Below, piece by piece: positions 1 through 10,506 of a stretch of DNA of 64,000 bases. Numbering within the stretch: position 1 is the stretch's first letter; the number at the start of each line of letters is the position of its first letter. The stretch is taken from contig CALCKT010000062.1 in assembly GCA_937965785.1 (NCBI GenBank), positions 27,893 to 91,892 of the forward strand, in the 5' to 3' direction. Source of the stretch: an uncultured Propionibacteriaceae bacterium. Lineage in GTDB: Bacteria; Actinomycetota; Actinomycetes; Propionibacteriales; Propionibacteriaceae. Under the pieces are notes generated by a model. That model searched no databases and was not told where the DNA came from. It saw nothing but the letters and a program-made list of their open reading frames with translations. A program made the translations under genes and the position numbers.

Positions 1-445
1 CGCCACTGCCGGGAGATTCCAGAAACAAGGGTCAGATGGGTTTGGTAGGTCTACCCTCGCAGACGTGTTGAAGCATTTCTTCGACTAGCGGATATGCCAA
101 GCCTGGCAGCGAGGTTGGCTTGGTCGGCAGGTGGCCGTGGTGGGCGACTCGGGGGTGAAGCATTCCCTCTGGGGCGGCAGCGAGGTTGACCTGGTCCTGG
201 GAGACGGTCAGGTCACCCCTGGGCAATACGGTCGGGGTATCGCAGAGACACCTGTAATACCCGATCCTTGTCCGCGGCTTTACATCGTAAGTTCGGGAGC
301 AAGGTCGGTACGCGTCTTCCTGCTTCCCAACGGGCCTCGTCGCGCATCTGCTGGTGGTCGCGGCGGGGCAGCTCATGGTTTGATCGAGCCGAATCCGCTG
401 GAGCATGGTCGATCACCGCGGGATCCGGCTCGCGAGACCATTACC

Positions 446-459
446 GTTTCACGTGAAAC
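446..459. promoter_or_regulatory. parS: parS centromere site, GTTTCACGTGAAAC
   Basis: Perfect 14-bp palindrome matching the canonical ParB-binding parS core (tGTTTCACGTGAAACa). Confidence 0.8.
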
Positions 460-730
460 ACTTCAATGAGTGGGGTGGTGGAAGCGTCAGGTTTCGTTTG
501 CCGCTCGCGGAGGTACGAAAGAGATTCCTGGGAGCTTGGGACCATTGGGGATCAGATGGTTGAAGGAATGGACGAGGGTGATCGTGATGTATGGCCGATC
601 ATGGGATTGGTTCTCCCCGAGGGACTGGGTGCCGGTCGGGATCGGAAGTTCGCACGAAGGCAGTACTGGTCGATGTTCCTACGGGCGATGAGCGGCCCGT
701 GGAATTTCAGTTGTAATCCTTGCATGGGCG

Positions 731-744
731 TTCCACGTGAAACG
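731..744. promoter_or_regulatory. parS: parS-like site, GTTCCACGTGAAAC (1 mismatch)
   Basis: One mismatch from the parS palindrome. Confidence 0.6.
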
Positions 745-1415
745 CGGTCGAGATCGGACACGAATACCCCGGAAGGGGACGGCTCGGTGAACCTTGGGAT
801 TCCCCGAGGGCCCCCATCCCAGTAACCCCGAGTGATTGGAAGAACTTGCCTCTCACCCGATGGCATGCGGTCCCGTCAGTGGAGAATCAAGTCCTACTGC
901 GGGAGTGCCGTTCGAGCGGGACGCGCCGGGTGGGATGAGGCCCGTCCAGGATGGCGGGGGCATTGAGTTGCCCGGTCCGGTGTGCGGTATGGATCTTCCA
1001 TTCCGCGATCTCGGAACCCTGTACGCAATGGCCAGGACACTCCGGAGGTCGGAGGGTGCGCCGATCATGCGCTACGTGTGCTGGGACTCCTCTTCTGCGG
1101 AAGGGTTTTGCGTGTTCTCGTCGACTGGAGTGGGGACCGTGCTCATTCCGTCAGTTGGTGGTTACCGGCCCGGACCCGGTCTGATCTCAGCTCAGTCATG
1201 CTCACCCGTGAGTGAGAGGGCATACCAGGGGCATTTCTCATCCATTAACAGGTAGGCAGTTTTATCGATATATAAATTAAACCCTGCAAAATGATCGCAC
1301 CCTCCGGGGCGAGTACCGGACCACTGGGTGCTCGGGGATGTGGGCGTGCAGCGAGTGACGTCGCGGGAGGGCCTGCGAGCGACGGAAACTTTGGGAGAGA
1401 ACAAGGGCGCGTGGT

Positions 1416-1455
1416 CTTTCCGTGGTGCGTTTCACGTGAAACGCACCACGGAAAG
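1416..1455. promoter_or_regulatory. parS: parS embedded in a perfect 40-bp palindrome (core 1429-1442)
   Basis: ctttccgtggtgcgtttcacgtgaaacgcaccacggaaag reads the same on both strands; the centre is the parS core. Confidence 0.8.
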
Positions 1456-1723
1456 AGCGATATGCGCCATCCCGAAGATTCAATGAATGATGCCGGGTCA
1501 TCGCCGACCGGATCCATTGCCGGCGGCCCCAGGGGATCTGGTCGCGCCCCTATCGTGCGGATGCAATGGGCCGGAATCCAAAGGGGGACAGCGTCATGCA
1601 CCCCAGGAAAGCGCGGCCATCTCGAAGTCTCCGGTCGCTCGTCCGCCCCCCGTGAGCGCCTCGCCGTACTCCTGCGGGCCCTGCGGCTGTTGGTTTCTGT
1701 CGTCCGCTTGGATTCGTGCAGTA

Positions 1724-1739
1724 CGTTTCACGTGAAACG
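1724..1739. promoter_or_regulatory. parS: parS site (CGTTTCACGTGAAACG)
   Basis: Perfect 16-bp palindrome matching parS. Confidence 0.8.
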
Positions 1740-1803
1740 CCGCGAGGTTTCACTCCATGTCATTGACTCAGGCTAAAGTTGGTGACCGTCAAAGGAGGAC
1801 TCA

Positions 1804-2817
1804 ATGGCCCTGTTCTTTCGCAAGCGCAAGCGTACTCCGAAACACGATGTGGATGCCGAGCCTTGGAAGGAGCACGAGAACGTTTCACGTGAAACGGCCA
1901 TCCAGACCCCCACTGGGCCGCGTCGCGCGTTCTTCGACCGTGCTGATGATGACTGGGTGGCCGACGACGAATACGGCACCGAGTACAAGGACGAGAGCAA
2001 GGTGCCAACCCTGCCGAGCCCGGAGAACCCCCGCGTTTTCGTGGTGGCGAACCAGAAAGGCGGCGTCGGGAAGACCACTACCACCGTGAATGTCGCCACC
2101 GCGCTCGCTTTCGGCGGGCTCAACGTGCTCGTGGTCGACATTGACCCGCAGGGCAACGCCTCCACCGCCCTCGGAATAGATCACGACCCGGGAACCCCGG
2201 GAACATACGAGGTGCTGCTCCGCGGTGAGCGGATCCAGGATCTGGCCAAACAGTCGCCCCATACACCGAACCTGCACGTCCTACCCGCTACGGTCGACCT
2301 CTCGACGGCGGAACTGGAACTCGTGAACGAGCCGGGCCGCGAATCCAGGATGAAGAAAGCGCTGGCCGCCTACATCCAGGAATCCGGGGTCGATTACGTG
2401 TTCTTCGACTGCCCACCCTCCCTCGGGTTGCTCACCCTCAACGCTCTCGTGGCCTCCAGCGAGATCATGGTGCCGATCCAGTGCGAGTACTACGCCCTGG
2501 AAGGCGTCTCCCAGCTGATGCGCACCATTCAGCGGGTCAAGGGGAATCTGAACGATCACCTGCAGCTAACAACGGTGCTGCTCACCATGTTCGACAACCG
2601 CACCAACCTCTCCCACGAAGTAGCCAGCGAGGTGCGAGCCCATTTCGGGAAGGAAACCCTCGAGGTGGAGATCCCGCGATCGGTGCGAATCGCCGAGGCG
2701 CCCTCCTACGGGCAGAGTGTCATCACCTATTACCCCAAATCTCCCGGCGCGGTCGCCTACCTCAAGGCGGCCGAGGAGATCGCCCGCGCCACCACGACCG
2801 AGGAAGGAGCTGCCTGA
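1804..2817 (+). CDS. parA: ParA/Soj chromosome-partitioning ATPase
   Basis: Deviant Walker [10 protein letters not shown], full MinD/ParA-type sequence and parB directly downstream. The N-terminal roughly 80 aa is an extension, so the true start may be later. Confidence 0.9.
   Translation: MALFFRKRKRTPKHDVDAEPWKEHENVSRETAIQTPTGPRRAFFDRADDDWVADDEYGTEYKDESKVPTLPSPENPRVFVVANQKGGVGKTTTTVNVATALAFGGLNVLVVDIDPQGNASTALGIDHDPGTPGTYEVLLRGERIQDLAKQSPHTPNLHVLPATVDLSTAELELVNEPGRESRMKKALAAYIQESGVDYVFFDCPPSLGLLTLNALVASSEIMVPIQCEYYALEGVSQLMRTIQRVKGNLNDHLQLTTVLLTMFDNRTNLSHEVASEVRAHFGKETLEVEIPRSVRIAEAPSYGQSVITYYPKSPGAVAYLKAAEEIARATTTEEGAA
1881..1896. promoter_or_regulatory. parS: parS site (CGTTTCACGTGAAACG) inside the 5' end of the parA ORF
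   Basis: Perfect 16-bp palindrome. It lies in the N-terminal extension of the annotated parA ORF or in its leader. Confidence 0.75.
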
Positions 2818-3734
2818 TGGCCAGGGGAAAGCAACATGTAGGCCTCGGGAAGGGCCTGGGAGACCTCTTTGCCCGGACGGACGAGGAGAACATCCGCGAC
2901 ACCACCGCCCCATCCGACCGACTCCGCGACGGCTCCTATTTCGTCGAACTGCCGCTGGATCAGATCGTCCCCAACCCCAGGCAGCCGCGTCATGTCTTCG
3001 ATGAGGATGATCTGAACGAGCTGGCCGCATCCATTGGCGAGTTCGGCGTGCTGCAGCCCGTCGTTGTACGTGAAGTCGCACCCAAGCACTTCGAGCTGAT
3101 CATGGGTGAGCGCCGGTTCCGCGCCTCCAAGATCGCGGGCAAGGAAACGATCCCGGCCATCGTTCGCGGGACCGAAGATGATGCCCTCCTCCGAGACGCG
3201 CTTCTGGAGAACCTGCATCGCGCCAACCTCAACCCCCTGGAGGAAGCGCTCGCCTACCAACAGCTCCTGGGTGACTTCAACTGCACCAAGGAACAGCTCT
3301 CCCAGCGGATTCACCGCAGCCGGCCGCAGATCTCGAACACCCTTCGGCTGCTCAACCTCCCCTCCACCGTGCAGACGAAGGTGGCGGCCGGGGTGCTCTC
3401 CGCGGGGCACGCGCGCGCGCTGCTCGGGTTGACGAATCAACGGGCGCAGGAACTGCTCGCCGAACGGATCGTCGCGGAGGGTCTCTCGGTCCGCAGCACC
3501 GAGGAGATCGTCCGGCTCGGCAACGCCCCCACCGAGGAGGAACCCACCCCCCGCGTCCGTCGGCTGCCATCGGAACGTGAGGCCGCCGTAGCGGCGCTTC
3601 TCTCCGACCATTTCGACACCAGGGTGAAGGTCGCCATCGGAAAGAACAAGGGCAGGATCACCATCGAGTTCGCATCCAGCGATGATCTCGACCGGATCAT
3701 GGCCGTGATCGACGGCCGCACCGTCGAGCCCTGA
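2817..3734 (+). CDS. parB: ParB/Spo0J partition protein
   Basis: The ATG at 2817 overlaps the parA stop (ATGA). ParB box GERRFRA and an HTH are present. The track ORF starting at 2481 is an upstream in-frame extension. Confidence 0.9.
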   Translation: MARGKQHVGLGKGLGDLFARTDEENIRDTTAPSDRLRDGSYFVELPLDQIVPNPRQPRHVFDEDDLNELAASIGEFGVLQPVVVREVAPKHFELIMGERRFRASKIAGKETIPAIVRGTEDDALLRDALLENLHRANLNPLEEALAYQQLLGDFNCTKEQLSQRIHRSRPQISNTLRLLNLPSTVQTKVAAGVLSAGHARALLGLTNQRAQELLAERIVAEGLSVRSTEEIVRLGNAPTEEEPTPRVRRLPSEREAAVAALLSDHFDTRVKVAIGKNKGRITIEFASSDDLDRIMAVIDGRTVEP

Positions 3735-3880
3735 CAGGAATCTTCAAACCGCTCTATCGCTTGATCAATAAGTCGATAAAATGGGATGCGGTGGTTGGTG
3801 CTCGGGCCTCTGACAAGGGGTTTTGCCCTAAAAGGAAAATGAGACGTCCAGACGGAGACAAGGTGGTTGTATCCGGGGCG

Positions 3881-4048
3881 GTGGTTTCGACTTCGGGGGT
3901 TGGAAGTTGGTTGAGCCGGCCTGCGAGCGTAAGCGAGTGAGTCGTGTCGAAACCATGGTGACCTGGGTTGAGTATGTTGTTCGGCTGCCGGTGGTTTCGA
4001 CTCGGGTCGCTCGTTCCTCGCGCCCCGGCTCAACCAGCTTTGGAAAGG
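3881..4048. repeat. Long imperfect hairpin repeat, family 1, between convergent parB and ddl
   Basis: Arms ggttgagccgg..cgagcg..gtcgaaacc and ggtttcgac..cgctcg..ccggctcaacc. 3941-4045 is near-identical to 40196-40305, with related copies at 34833-34965 and 36640-36800. Confidence 0.7.
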
Positions 4049-4055
4049 GACCCCG

Positions 4056-4994
4056 TCACTGGTTGCGGCGGCGCGCCTGCTCCACGAGGGCGGAGAACAC
4101 CTCCCCCATGTCGAGGCCGGCGGCCTCCAGGGCGAGGGGCGTCAGCGAGGTGTCCGTCAGGCCGGGTGCCACATTGCTCTCCAGGAACACCGGGACGCCG
4201 TCGCGCACGATCATGTCGGTGCGGGAGAGGTCGCGGTGGCCGAGCACCTGGTGGGCGCGGACCGCCAGCCCCCCGGCCGTCTCCAGCACGTCGTCGGGCA
4301 GCTCGCCGGGGGTGAGGAAACGGGTGGCCCCGGCGGTGTAACGGGCCTCGTAGTCGTACACCCCCGAAGCGGGCCTGATCTCGATTGGCGGCAGCGCCCA
4401 CGGGCCGGTCCCGTCGTCGATGACGGTCACGGACAGCTCCGTGCCCTCGACGAACTCCTCCACCACCGCGTCCTTCCCGTAGGCGAAGGCCCCGACGAGG
4501 GCCGCCGGCAGGTCTTCCGCGGAAACCACCTTCGTCGCCCCGAGTGCCGAACCCGACCTGGCGGGCTTGACCATGAGCGGGAACCCGATCCGCTCCCCGA
4601 TGGCAGACATCAACGCCTGGGCGCCCAGCTCCCGGAAGACGTCGTCGGGCAGCGCCACCTGCTGCGGGGTCGCCAGGCCCGCGGCTCCGACCAGCCGCGT
4701 CGCCACCGACTTGTCGAAGGTGCGCCGGGCACTGGCGCCGTCGCTCCCGACGAAGGGCACCCCCAGCGTCCACAGCACCTCGCGCAGCGCGCCGTCCTCG
4801 CCGAGCCCGCCGTGCAGCACCGGGATGGCGACGGGGTCCTCGTCCTTGAGCAGCCTGGAGATCAGGTCGGCGTTGACGTCGGTCTCGACCACGGCGTGAC
4901 CCCTTCTGCGGAGCGCCCCCGCCAGGCGCTTCCCGGAACGCAACGAAACCTCCCGCTCGTGGCTCAGCCCACCGGCGATCACAAACACAGTCAT
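4056..4994 (-). CDS. ddl: D-alanine--D-alanine ligase
   Basis: Full-length ATP-grasp Ddl-like sequence (VLHGGLGEDG..., GFPLMVKP, ESNVAPGLTDTS). Confidence 0.9.
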   Translation of the reverse strand: MTVFVIAGGLSHEREVSLRSGKRLAGALRRRGHAVVETDVNADLISRLLKDEDPVAIPVLHGGLGEDGALREVLWTLGVPFVGSDGASARRTFDKSVATRLVGAAGLATPQQVALPDDVFRELGAQALMSAIGERIGFPLMVKPARSGSALGATKVVSAEDLPAALVGAFAYGKDAVVEEFVEGTELSVTVIDDGTGPWALPPIEIRPASGVYDYEARYTAGATRFLTPGELPDDVLETAGGLAVRAHQVLGHRDLSRTDMIVRDGVPVFLESNVAPGLTDTSLTPLALEAAGLDMGEVFSALVEQARRRNQ

Positions 4995-5022
4995 GGCATC
5001 AGTCTTTCACTCAGGATGCGGG

Positions 5023-6321
5023 TCAGCTCAGGTTCGGCCCCGGTCCCTTGGTCGGGTTGGCGTGCGACGGGGTGTGCATGCCGAAGGTCCGCAGCATCTC
5101 CAGCTCGCTCCGCACCACGTGGGCGAAACGCTCCACCCCCGTCGCGATCCGGTCCGGCGGCGGGAAGCAGTAGGACAGCCGCACGTTGCGGGAACCCTGC
5201 CCGTCGGCGAAGAACGCGGGCCCCGGCACGAAGGCCACGCGGGCACCGACCCCGCGCGGCAGCATCGCCGATGCGTCCACCCCCTCGGGCAGCGTCACCC
5301 AGACGAAGAACCCGCCCGCGGGTCGGGTCCAGGAGCAGCCGTCGGGCATCTCCCGTTCCAGGGTGGCGAGCATGGCGTCGCGGCGGGCGCGGTACATGTC
5401 GCGGAAGACCCCGATCTGGCCGCGCCAGTCGCAGTTCTCCAGGTAGTTGCTGATCGCGAACTGCGAGAACACCGGTGGGCACAGTGTCGCCGACTCCTGG
5501 GCCAGCACCAGCCTCTCTTTCACCCCGTGCGGGGCGCAGACCCAGCCGACGCGGAATCCCGGCGCGAAGGTCTTGGAGAACGACCCCAGGTAGACCACGT
5601 TCGTCTCGAGGGAGCGCATCGCCGGGAGCGGGCCGGAATCGAGGGCCAGCAGCCCGTAGGGATTGTCCTCCACCACCAGCACCCCGGCCTCTGCACAGCT
5701 CTCGATGACCCGGCGTCGCCGCTCCACGGGCTGCGTCACCCCCGAGGGGTTGTTGAAGTTCGGGATCGTGTACAGGAACTTGACGCGCTTGCCCTGCTGC
5801 TTCAGGCGTTCGGTGGTCTCGGTCAGGGCTTCGGGAATCAGCCCCTCGGAGTCACAGGCGACGTGCACCACCTCGGTCTGATAGCTCTGGAAGGTGCCGA
5901 GCGCCCCCACGTAGGACGGCGACTCGGCCAGGATCACGTCCCCCGGGTCGCAGAAGATGCGGGTGACGAGGTCCAGACCCTGCTGGGAACCCGCGGTGAT
6001 GACGATGTCGTCAGGGTCCGCGACGCTGCCCTCCTCCGCCATGACCTCGCAGATCTGCTCACGGATGCGCGGCTCGCCCTGCCCGGAGCCGTATTGCATG
6101 ACCTGCGTGCCGTGGTCGCGGATCATGCGGGCGATGTGGTCGCCGATCTCGTCCAGGGGCAGGTCCTTGATGTTCGGCATCCCGCCCGCCAGCGACACGA
6201 TCTCGGGCCGGTTGGCCACGGCGAACAGCGCCCGGACCGCGGACACCCTGAGTCCCTGCGTGCGGGTGGCGTAGTGCTCGACGAATGGATCGAGGCGGGT
6301 GTCGCGTCGCGTGGCCTTCAT
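5023..6321 (-). CDS. PLP-dependent class I/II aminotransferase
   Basis: SFSKTFAPGFRVGW lysine-region motif. The likely start is MKATRR at 6321, whereas the track ORF extends to 6588 through low-complexity sequence. Confidence 0.75.
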   Translation of the reverse strand: MKATRRDTRLDPFVEHYATRTQGLRVSAVRALFAVANRPEIVSLAGGMPNIKDLPLDEIGDHIARMIRDHGTQVMQYGSGQGEPRIREQICEVMAEEGSVADPDDIVITAGSQQGLDLVTRIFCDPGDVILAESPSYVGALGTFQSYQTEVVHVACDSEGLIPEALTETTERLKQQGKRVKFLYTIPNFNNPSGVTQPVERRRRVIESCAEAGVLVVEDNPYGLLALDSGPLPAMRSLETNVVYLGSFSKTFAPGFRVGWVCAPHGVKERLVLAQESATLCPPVFSQFAISNYLENCDWRGQIGVFRDMYRARRDAMLATLEREMPDGCSWTRPAGGFFVWVTLPEGVDASAMLPRGVGARVAFVPGPAFFADGQGSRNVRLSYCFPPPDRIATGVERFAHVVRSELEMLRTFGMHTPSHANPTKGPGPNLS

Positions 6322-6437
6322 TCTGTACACGTTATCCGAAGGACGACGAGATTGGACGCGGATACGCAGCATCAAAGAGTGTTTGGAGCGCTCCAAATAG
6401 CTTTGGGGCAAGTTGCGTGCTGCGCAACCGTGAAAAT

Positions 6438-7280
6438 CTAATGCTGCTTCCTGATCGTGCTGTAGGCGGTCTCGATCAGATCGGCCAGGGTTTCGTTGTC
6501 CTGGCCGTCGAGCCCCATGACCATGATCAACGTCTTGTCGATGACCCGGGCGCACACCGGTTTCTGTTGGTTCTCGTAGATGCCGCACGAGGCGTCGTGC
6601 ACCGAGGTGATGTTGGTGATGCCGGAATCGGACAGGTAGGAATTCAGCTCCGGGGCCGGGCGTTGCAGCAGCAGCATGAACTGGGAGGCCCCGTCGGAAT
6701 AGTTGGAACGCAGAATGGTGCCCGCGCCGCTGGGGGCCGCCGACTCCTTCACCCCGTCATTGGCGAAGTCCCGGATCTGAGTCGGCAGCTTCAGGGCCCA
6801 CGTCGGCGAGGCTTCCGCGCTCGGTTTTCCGAGCCCGCCCAGGGTCATGCCCAGCCAGCCCGCGATCACGAGCAGCACCACCGCCGCGACCACTCCCATG
6901 ACCTTCACGAATCCGGGGATGGGTGGGATGTGGTGTCGCGGCGGTCTGGTGGGAATCTCGTCCTCGGCGTCGTCCTGCGGAACTTTGTGCCACTCGCCGG
7001 GTTCCCGGCCGGGTGTTTCCGGCGAGGCGGCCGAGCGGCGCGCAATCGGTTCCGTGACGCGTCGGAAAACCGTGGTCGTGTCCGGACTCGCGGGGCTGAC
7101 GGGGGTGGTCGAACTGGTGGGGGTTGCTGCGCTGCGGCGGGGCCCGGTGAACCTGGGAGGGGTCGGGGCGCTTTCCGCCGTTCGCCTCGGGGCGGGGAAC
7201 GCCGGTTCCAGGGGGGATTCGGGACTGCTCGCGCTACGGCGAGGTGAATCCTCGCCGTAGCGCTGGGAACGGTCGGTCAT
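6438..7280 (-). CDS. Membrane-anchored hypothetical protein with Pro-rich N-terminus
   Basis: Pro/Ser-rich disordered N-terminus, one TM helix (VMGVVAAVVLLVIAGWLGM) and a C-terminal globular domain. No recognisable family. Confidence 0.5.
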   Translation of the reverse strand: MTDRSQRYGEDSPRRSASSPESPLEPAFPAPRRTAESAPTPPRFTGPRRSAATPTSSTTPVSPASPDTTTVFRRVTEPIARRSAASPETPGREPGEWHKVPQDDAEDEIPTRPPRHHIPPIPGFVKVMGVVAAVVLLVIAGWLGMTLGGLGKPSAEASPTWALKLPTQIRDFANDGVKESAAPSGAGTILRSNYSDGASQFMLLLQRPAPELNSYLSDSGITNITSVHDASCGIYENQQKPVCARVIDKTLIMVMGLDGQDNETLADLIETAYSTIRKQH

Positions 7281-7600
7281 CAGAGGAGCTCGTCGACGGC
7301 CTTCTTGAGTGCGTTCTTCGACTTACCCCCCGACAGAGTTTTCTCCACCTTTCCGGATTTGTAGAACTCCAGGGTGGGGATGCTGAGGATGCCCTTCTCG
7401 GAGGCGAACGCAACCTCGGCATTGATGTCGAGCTTCACGAATTTCACCCGGCCCTCGTAGTCGCGGGCCAGTTCCTCGATGATGGGGGCCATTTGTTTGC
7501 AGGGTCCGCACCACGTGGCCCAGTAGTCCACCACCACTGGAACCGGCGACAGCAGCACCTCGTCGGCGAAGGTCGCCTCGGTCACATCGACAACGGCCAT
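7280..7600 (-). CDS. trxA: Thioredoxin
   Basis: WCGPC active site in a 107-aa thioredoxin fold, with the ATG at 7600 preceded by GGAGAG. Confidence 0.9.
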   Translation of the reverse strand: MAVVDVTEATFADEVLLSPVPVVVDYWATWCGPCKQMAPIIEELARDYEGRVKFVKLDINAEVAFASEKGILSIPTLEFYKSGKVEKTLSGGKSKNALKKAVDELL

Positions 7601-7634
7601 TTCACTCTCCTTGTTCTTCTTGGCGAGTCTACGA

Positions 7635-8567
7635 TCACGCCTCGCCCGCTGCCAGCCAACGCTCGGCATCGAGGGCGGCCCGGCAGCCGGAACCGGCCGC
7701 CGTGATGGCCTGACGATAGGTGTGATCCACCAGATCACCGCAGGCGAACACCCCCGGAAGGTTCGTCGCCTGGGAACCGGCGGCGACCTTCACGTAGCCC
7801 GCCTCGTCGAGCTCCACCTGCCCCTTGACCAGCGCGCTGCGCGGGTCGTGGCCGATGGCGACGAACACGCCGGAGACCTCCAGCAGGCGGGTTTCCCCCG
7901 TCACGGTGTCGCGCAGGGTGACGGATTCCACTCGCGCATCCCCGTTGATGGAATCCACCACCGAGTTCCACGCGAAGTCCAGTTTCGGGTCCTTCTCGGC
8001 GCGGGATGCCATGGCCTTTGAGGCACGCAGCTCGTCACGCCGGTGCACGAGGGTGACGCGGGATGCGAAGCGAGTCAGGAAGGTGGCCTCCTCCACCGCG
8101 GAGTCACCGCCGCCGATCACGGCTATGGGCTTGTCGCGGAAGAAGGCGCCGTCGCAGGTGGCGCACCAGGAGACGCCGCGGCCCGAGAGCCGTTCCTCCC
8201 CGTCGACGCCCAGCTTGCGGTACCCGGAACCCATGGCCAGGATCACCGCCTTCGCCTCCCAGACCTTGCCGGTGGAGTCGGTGACCTTCTTGATCTCGCT
8301 GGTCAGGTCGACGGCCTCGGCGTCGTCGGTGATCAGCTTTGCCCCGAACCTCTCCGCCTGGGAGCGCATCTGGCCCATCAGGTCGGGGCCCATCACGCCT
8401 TCGGGGAATCCGGGGAAGTTCTCCACCTCGGTGGTGTTCATCAGCGCGCCACCGCCGTCGAAGGCGCCCTCGAACACGACGGGTCTCAGCGCGGCGCGGG
8501 CCGCGTAGATGGCTGCGGTGTACCCGGCAGGGCCGGAGCCGATGATGATGAGTTCGTGGACGGTCAT
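7635..8567 (-). CDS. trxB: Thioredoxin-disulfide reductase
   Basis: [19 protein letters not shown] motif, CATC redox centre and GGGDSA NADPH motif. The likely start is the ATG at 8567. Confidence 0.9.
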   Translation of the reverse strand: MTVHELIIIGSGPAGYTAAIYAARAALRPVVFEGAFDGGGALMNTTEVENFPGFPEGVMGPDLMGQMRSQAERFGAKLITDDAEAVDLTSEIKKVTDSTGKVWEAKAVILAMGSGYRKLGVDGEERLSGRGVSWCATCDGAFFRDKPIAVIGGGDSAVEEATFLTRFASRVTLVHRRDELRASKAMASRAEKDPKLDFAWNSVVDSINGDARVESVTLRDTVTGETRLLEVSGVFVAIGHDPRSALVKGQVELDEAGYVKVAAGSQATNLPGVFACGDLVDHTYRQAITAAGSGCRAALDAERWLAAGEA

Positions 8568-8688
8568 GGTTCCCCTCAGGTCGTCGTGGTGCCGATCCAG
8601 TGTAGATGCCCATGGAAGGTGGGCGGGTCTGGTGCGGTTTCGCGACCAAGACCTAGTATTGGTCGCCAAGGAGTCAGGAAGGAATCGA

Positions 8689-9291
8689 GTGCCGAAGATC
8701 GCAGCCCCCACCGTTGCTCAACACCGTGCGATGGTTCAGCGCCGGCTGATCGACGCCGCTGAGGAGATCATGCGCTCCGGCGAGCCCGAGAAGCTGACCG
8801 CCGGAGCCGTGACCGCAGCCGCCGGGATCGCCCGCAACAGTATTTATCGCTATGTCGATTCCGTGGATGACCTGCGTGGTCTGGTCCTGGCTCGTCACCT
8901 GCCCGCCTGGATCGACGCGGTCGCCGCCGAGCTGGAAACCGTCGAGGCGCCCGCCGAACGCATCGTCGTGTGGGTTCGCGCGAACCTGCAACAGGCCGCG
9001 CGCACCGGGCACGGCTGGCTGATGGGGTTGAGTCGCTCCATCACGCCGTCGCCCGCCACCGCGAAGGTGATGGACGACTCCCACGCCGTCATGCGCGACT
9101 CGATCGCCCAGGCGTGGGCGGCCCTTCTCCAGGATCCGGTGCAGCTGCGGATCGCGGCCGGACTGACCCGTGGCCTGCTGGAGGCCGGGTTCCGGCAGCT
9201 CGACTCGGGCATGCCCGTCGAAGTGGTGGTCAGCCTCGGTGAAAAGGCGGCACGTGGTCTCGTCGCAGGGATCACGGGCGGGAATCTTTGA
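8689..9291 (+). CDS. TetR-family transcriptional regulator
   Basis: TetR-type N-terminal HTH ([21 protein letters not shown]), with a GTG start at 8689 after AGGAAG. Confidence 0.7.
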   Translation: MPKIAAPTVAQHRAMVQRRLIDAAEEIMRSGEPEKLTAGAVTAAAGIARNSIYRYVDSVDDLRGLVLARHLPAWIDAVAAELETVEAPAERIVVWVRANLQQAARTGHGWLMGLSRSITPSPATAKVMDDSHAVMRDSIAQAWAALLQDPVQLRIAAGLTRGLLEAGFRQLDSGMPVEVVVSLGEKAARGLVAGITGGNL

Positions 9292-10004
9292 CCGCGGAAA
9301 CCACCGCCACGTGGCGGATGGCGCTTTCCGTCAGCGTCGCGACGGGGGCCTACGGGGTGTCCTTCGGGGCATTGGCCGTCGCGGCTGGGCTCGATGTCTG
9401 GCAGGCGATGGTGCTGAGCCTGCTGATGTACACGGGTGGGTCGCAGTTCGCCTTCGTCGGGGCGTTGGCGGGCGGCGGACTGCCCGCAACCGGGGCGGCA
9501 GTGCTCGTCGGGTTGCGCAACGCCGTCTACGTGACTCAGGTGAACTCGTGGTTCCATCCCGGCAGGGTGCAGCGGGTCCTGATGGCGCACATCACCACCG
9601 ACGAGTCGACCGCGGTGGCCGCGGCCCAGCCGGACCAGCGACTGCGGAGGCTGGGTTTCTGGGTCACCGGAGTCGGGGTTTTCATTTTGTGGAATGCGAT
9701 GACCCTGGCCGGGGCGCTGCTGGGCAACCTGCTGGGCGACCCGAAGGCCTGGGGACTCGACGGTGCCGCCCTCGCTGCCTTCTGCGGGCTGCTGTGGCCC
9801 CGCCTGGTGACGCGCGACGCCGTGGCCACCGCGATCGTCGCGGCCGTGGTGACGGTTGCGCTGGTGCCGGTGCTGCCCGCCGGGTTGCCGATCCTGGCGG
9901 CCGTCGTGATCGGAGGTGGCGTCACCTGGTTCCGGCGTCGACGTGCCGTCAGCAATGACTCCTCCCCCGGGGACGAGAGCCCTGACGGCGAAGGGGTGCG
10001 GTGA
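9288..10004 (+). CDS. azlC: AzlC-family branched-chain amino acid permease
   Basis: AzlC-like polytopic membrane protein. Its start overlaps the upstream stop and azlD follows. Confidence 0.75.
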   Translation: MTAETTATWRMALSVSVATGAYGVSFGALAVAAGLDVWQAMVLSLLMYTGGSQFAFVGALAGGGLPATGAAVLVGLRNAVYVTQVNSWFHPGRVQRVLMAHITTDESTAVAAAQPDQRLRRLGFWVTGVGVFILWNAMTLAGALLGNLLGDPKAWGLDGAALAAFCGLLWPRLVTRDAVATAIVAAVVTVALVPVLPAGLPILAAVVIGGGVTWFRRRRAVSNDSSPGDESPDGEGVR

Positions 10005-10312
10005 TGTGGGGCTGGGTGCTGGTCGCGTCGCTGGCGTGCTGCGCGACCAAACTGGCGGGCCTGCTGGTGCCCCGCCGCCTCCTCGACGACGAACGCACCG
10101 TGCTGACCATGGCCGGAATGACCGTCGGGGTGCTGGCCGGGCTGATCGGGGTCTCCACCTTCGCCACGGGCAGTGTCGTCACCGTCGACGCGCGGGTGGC
10201 GTCGCTGGTGGTCGCGGTGGTGGCCCTGCGGTTACGGGCACCGTTCCTGCTGGTCGTGGTGCTGGGTGCGGCGGCCGCCGCTCTGGTCAGGGTCGCGGGA
10301 GTGGCAGGGTGA
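10001..10312 (+). CDS. azlD: AzlD-family branched-chain amino acid transport protein
   Basis: 103-aa hydrophobic AzlD-like protein, translationally coupled to azlC. Confidence 0.7.
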   Translation: MMWGWVLVASLACCATKLAGLLVPRRLLDDERTVLTMAGMTVGVLAGLIGVSTFATGSVVTVDARVASLVVAVVALRLRAPFLLVVVLGAAAAALVRVAGVAG

Positions 10313-10336
10313 AGCCGGGGTGCGCCTCCTCGTCGT

Positions 10337-10422
10337 GGTTCGCTTGCCTTGTGGTCATTTGCTTGCGCTGTAGCGCTGGCGTTTGTCCATAAGGCTGGCG
10401 TTCCCGTCGGGTAGGCAGGCGG
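10337..10422 (+). repeat. Structured intergenic repeat, family 2, copy 1 (long variant)
   Basis: ggttcgcttgccttgtggtc.tttgcttgcgctgtagcgctggcg...ggcaggcgg, with related copies at 29753-29816, 32663-32727 and 50144-50227. Confidence 0.7.
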
Positions 10423-10506
10423 ATGACGGTAGGGCTGGCGGACGACGATAGGGCCAGCGAGCCGCGGGAAGGCCAGCGGGGTGACCGGGGCGGGGCGTGG
10501 TGTCGG

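Noticed and set aside
1291-1776. 161-aa ORF (and the neighbouring 836-1255 and 1245-1601 ORFs) in the parS region as a degraded rsmG
   Set aside because: The translations are low-complexity and lack the SAM-binding motifs of RsmG, and they overlap each other in different frames, so the region is treated as non-coding.
7280-7738. Extended upstream starts for trxA (7738), trxB (8711), mntP (15610), the aminotransferase (6588) and the AAA+ ATPase (53402)
   Set aside because: The N-terminal extensions are non-conserved, low-complexity sequence. Internal ATG starts align with the family N-termini, and those with decent RBSs were chosen.
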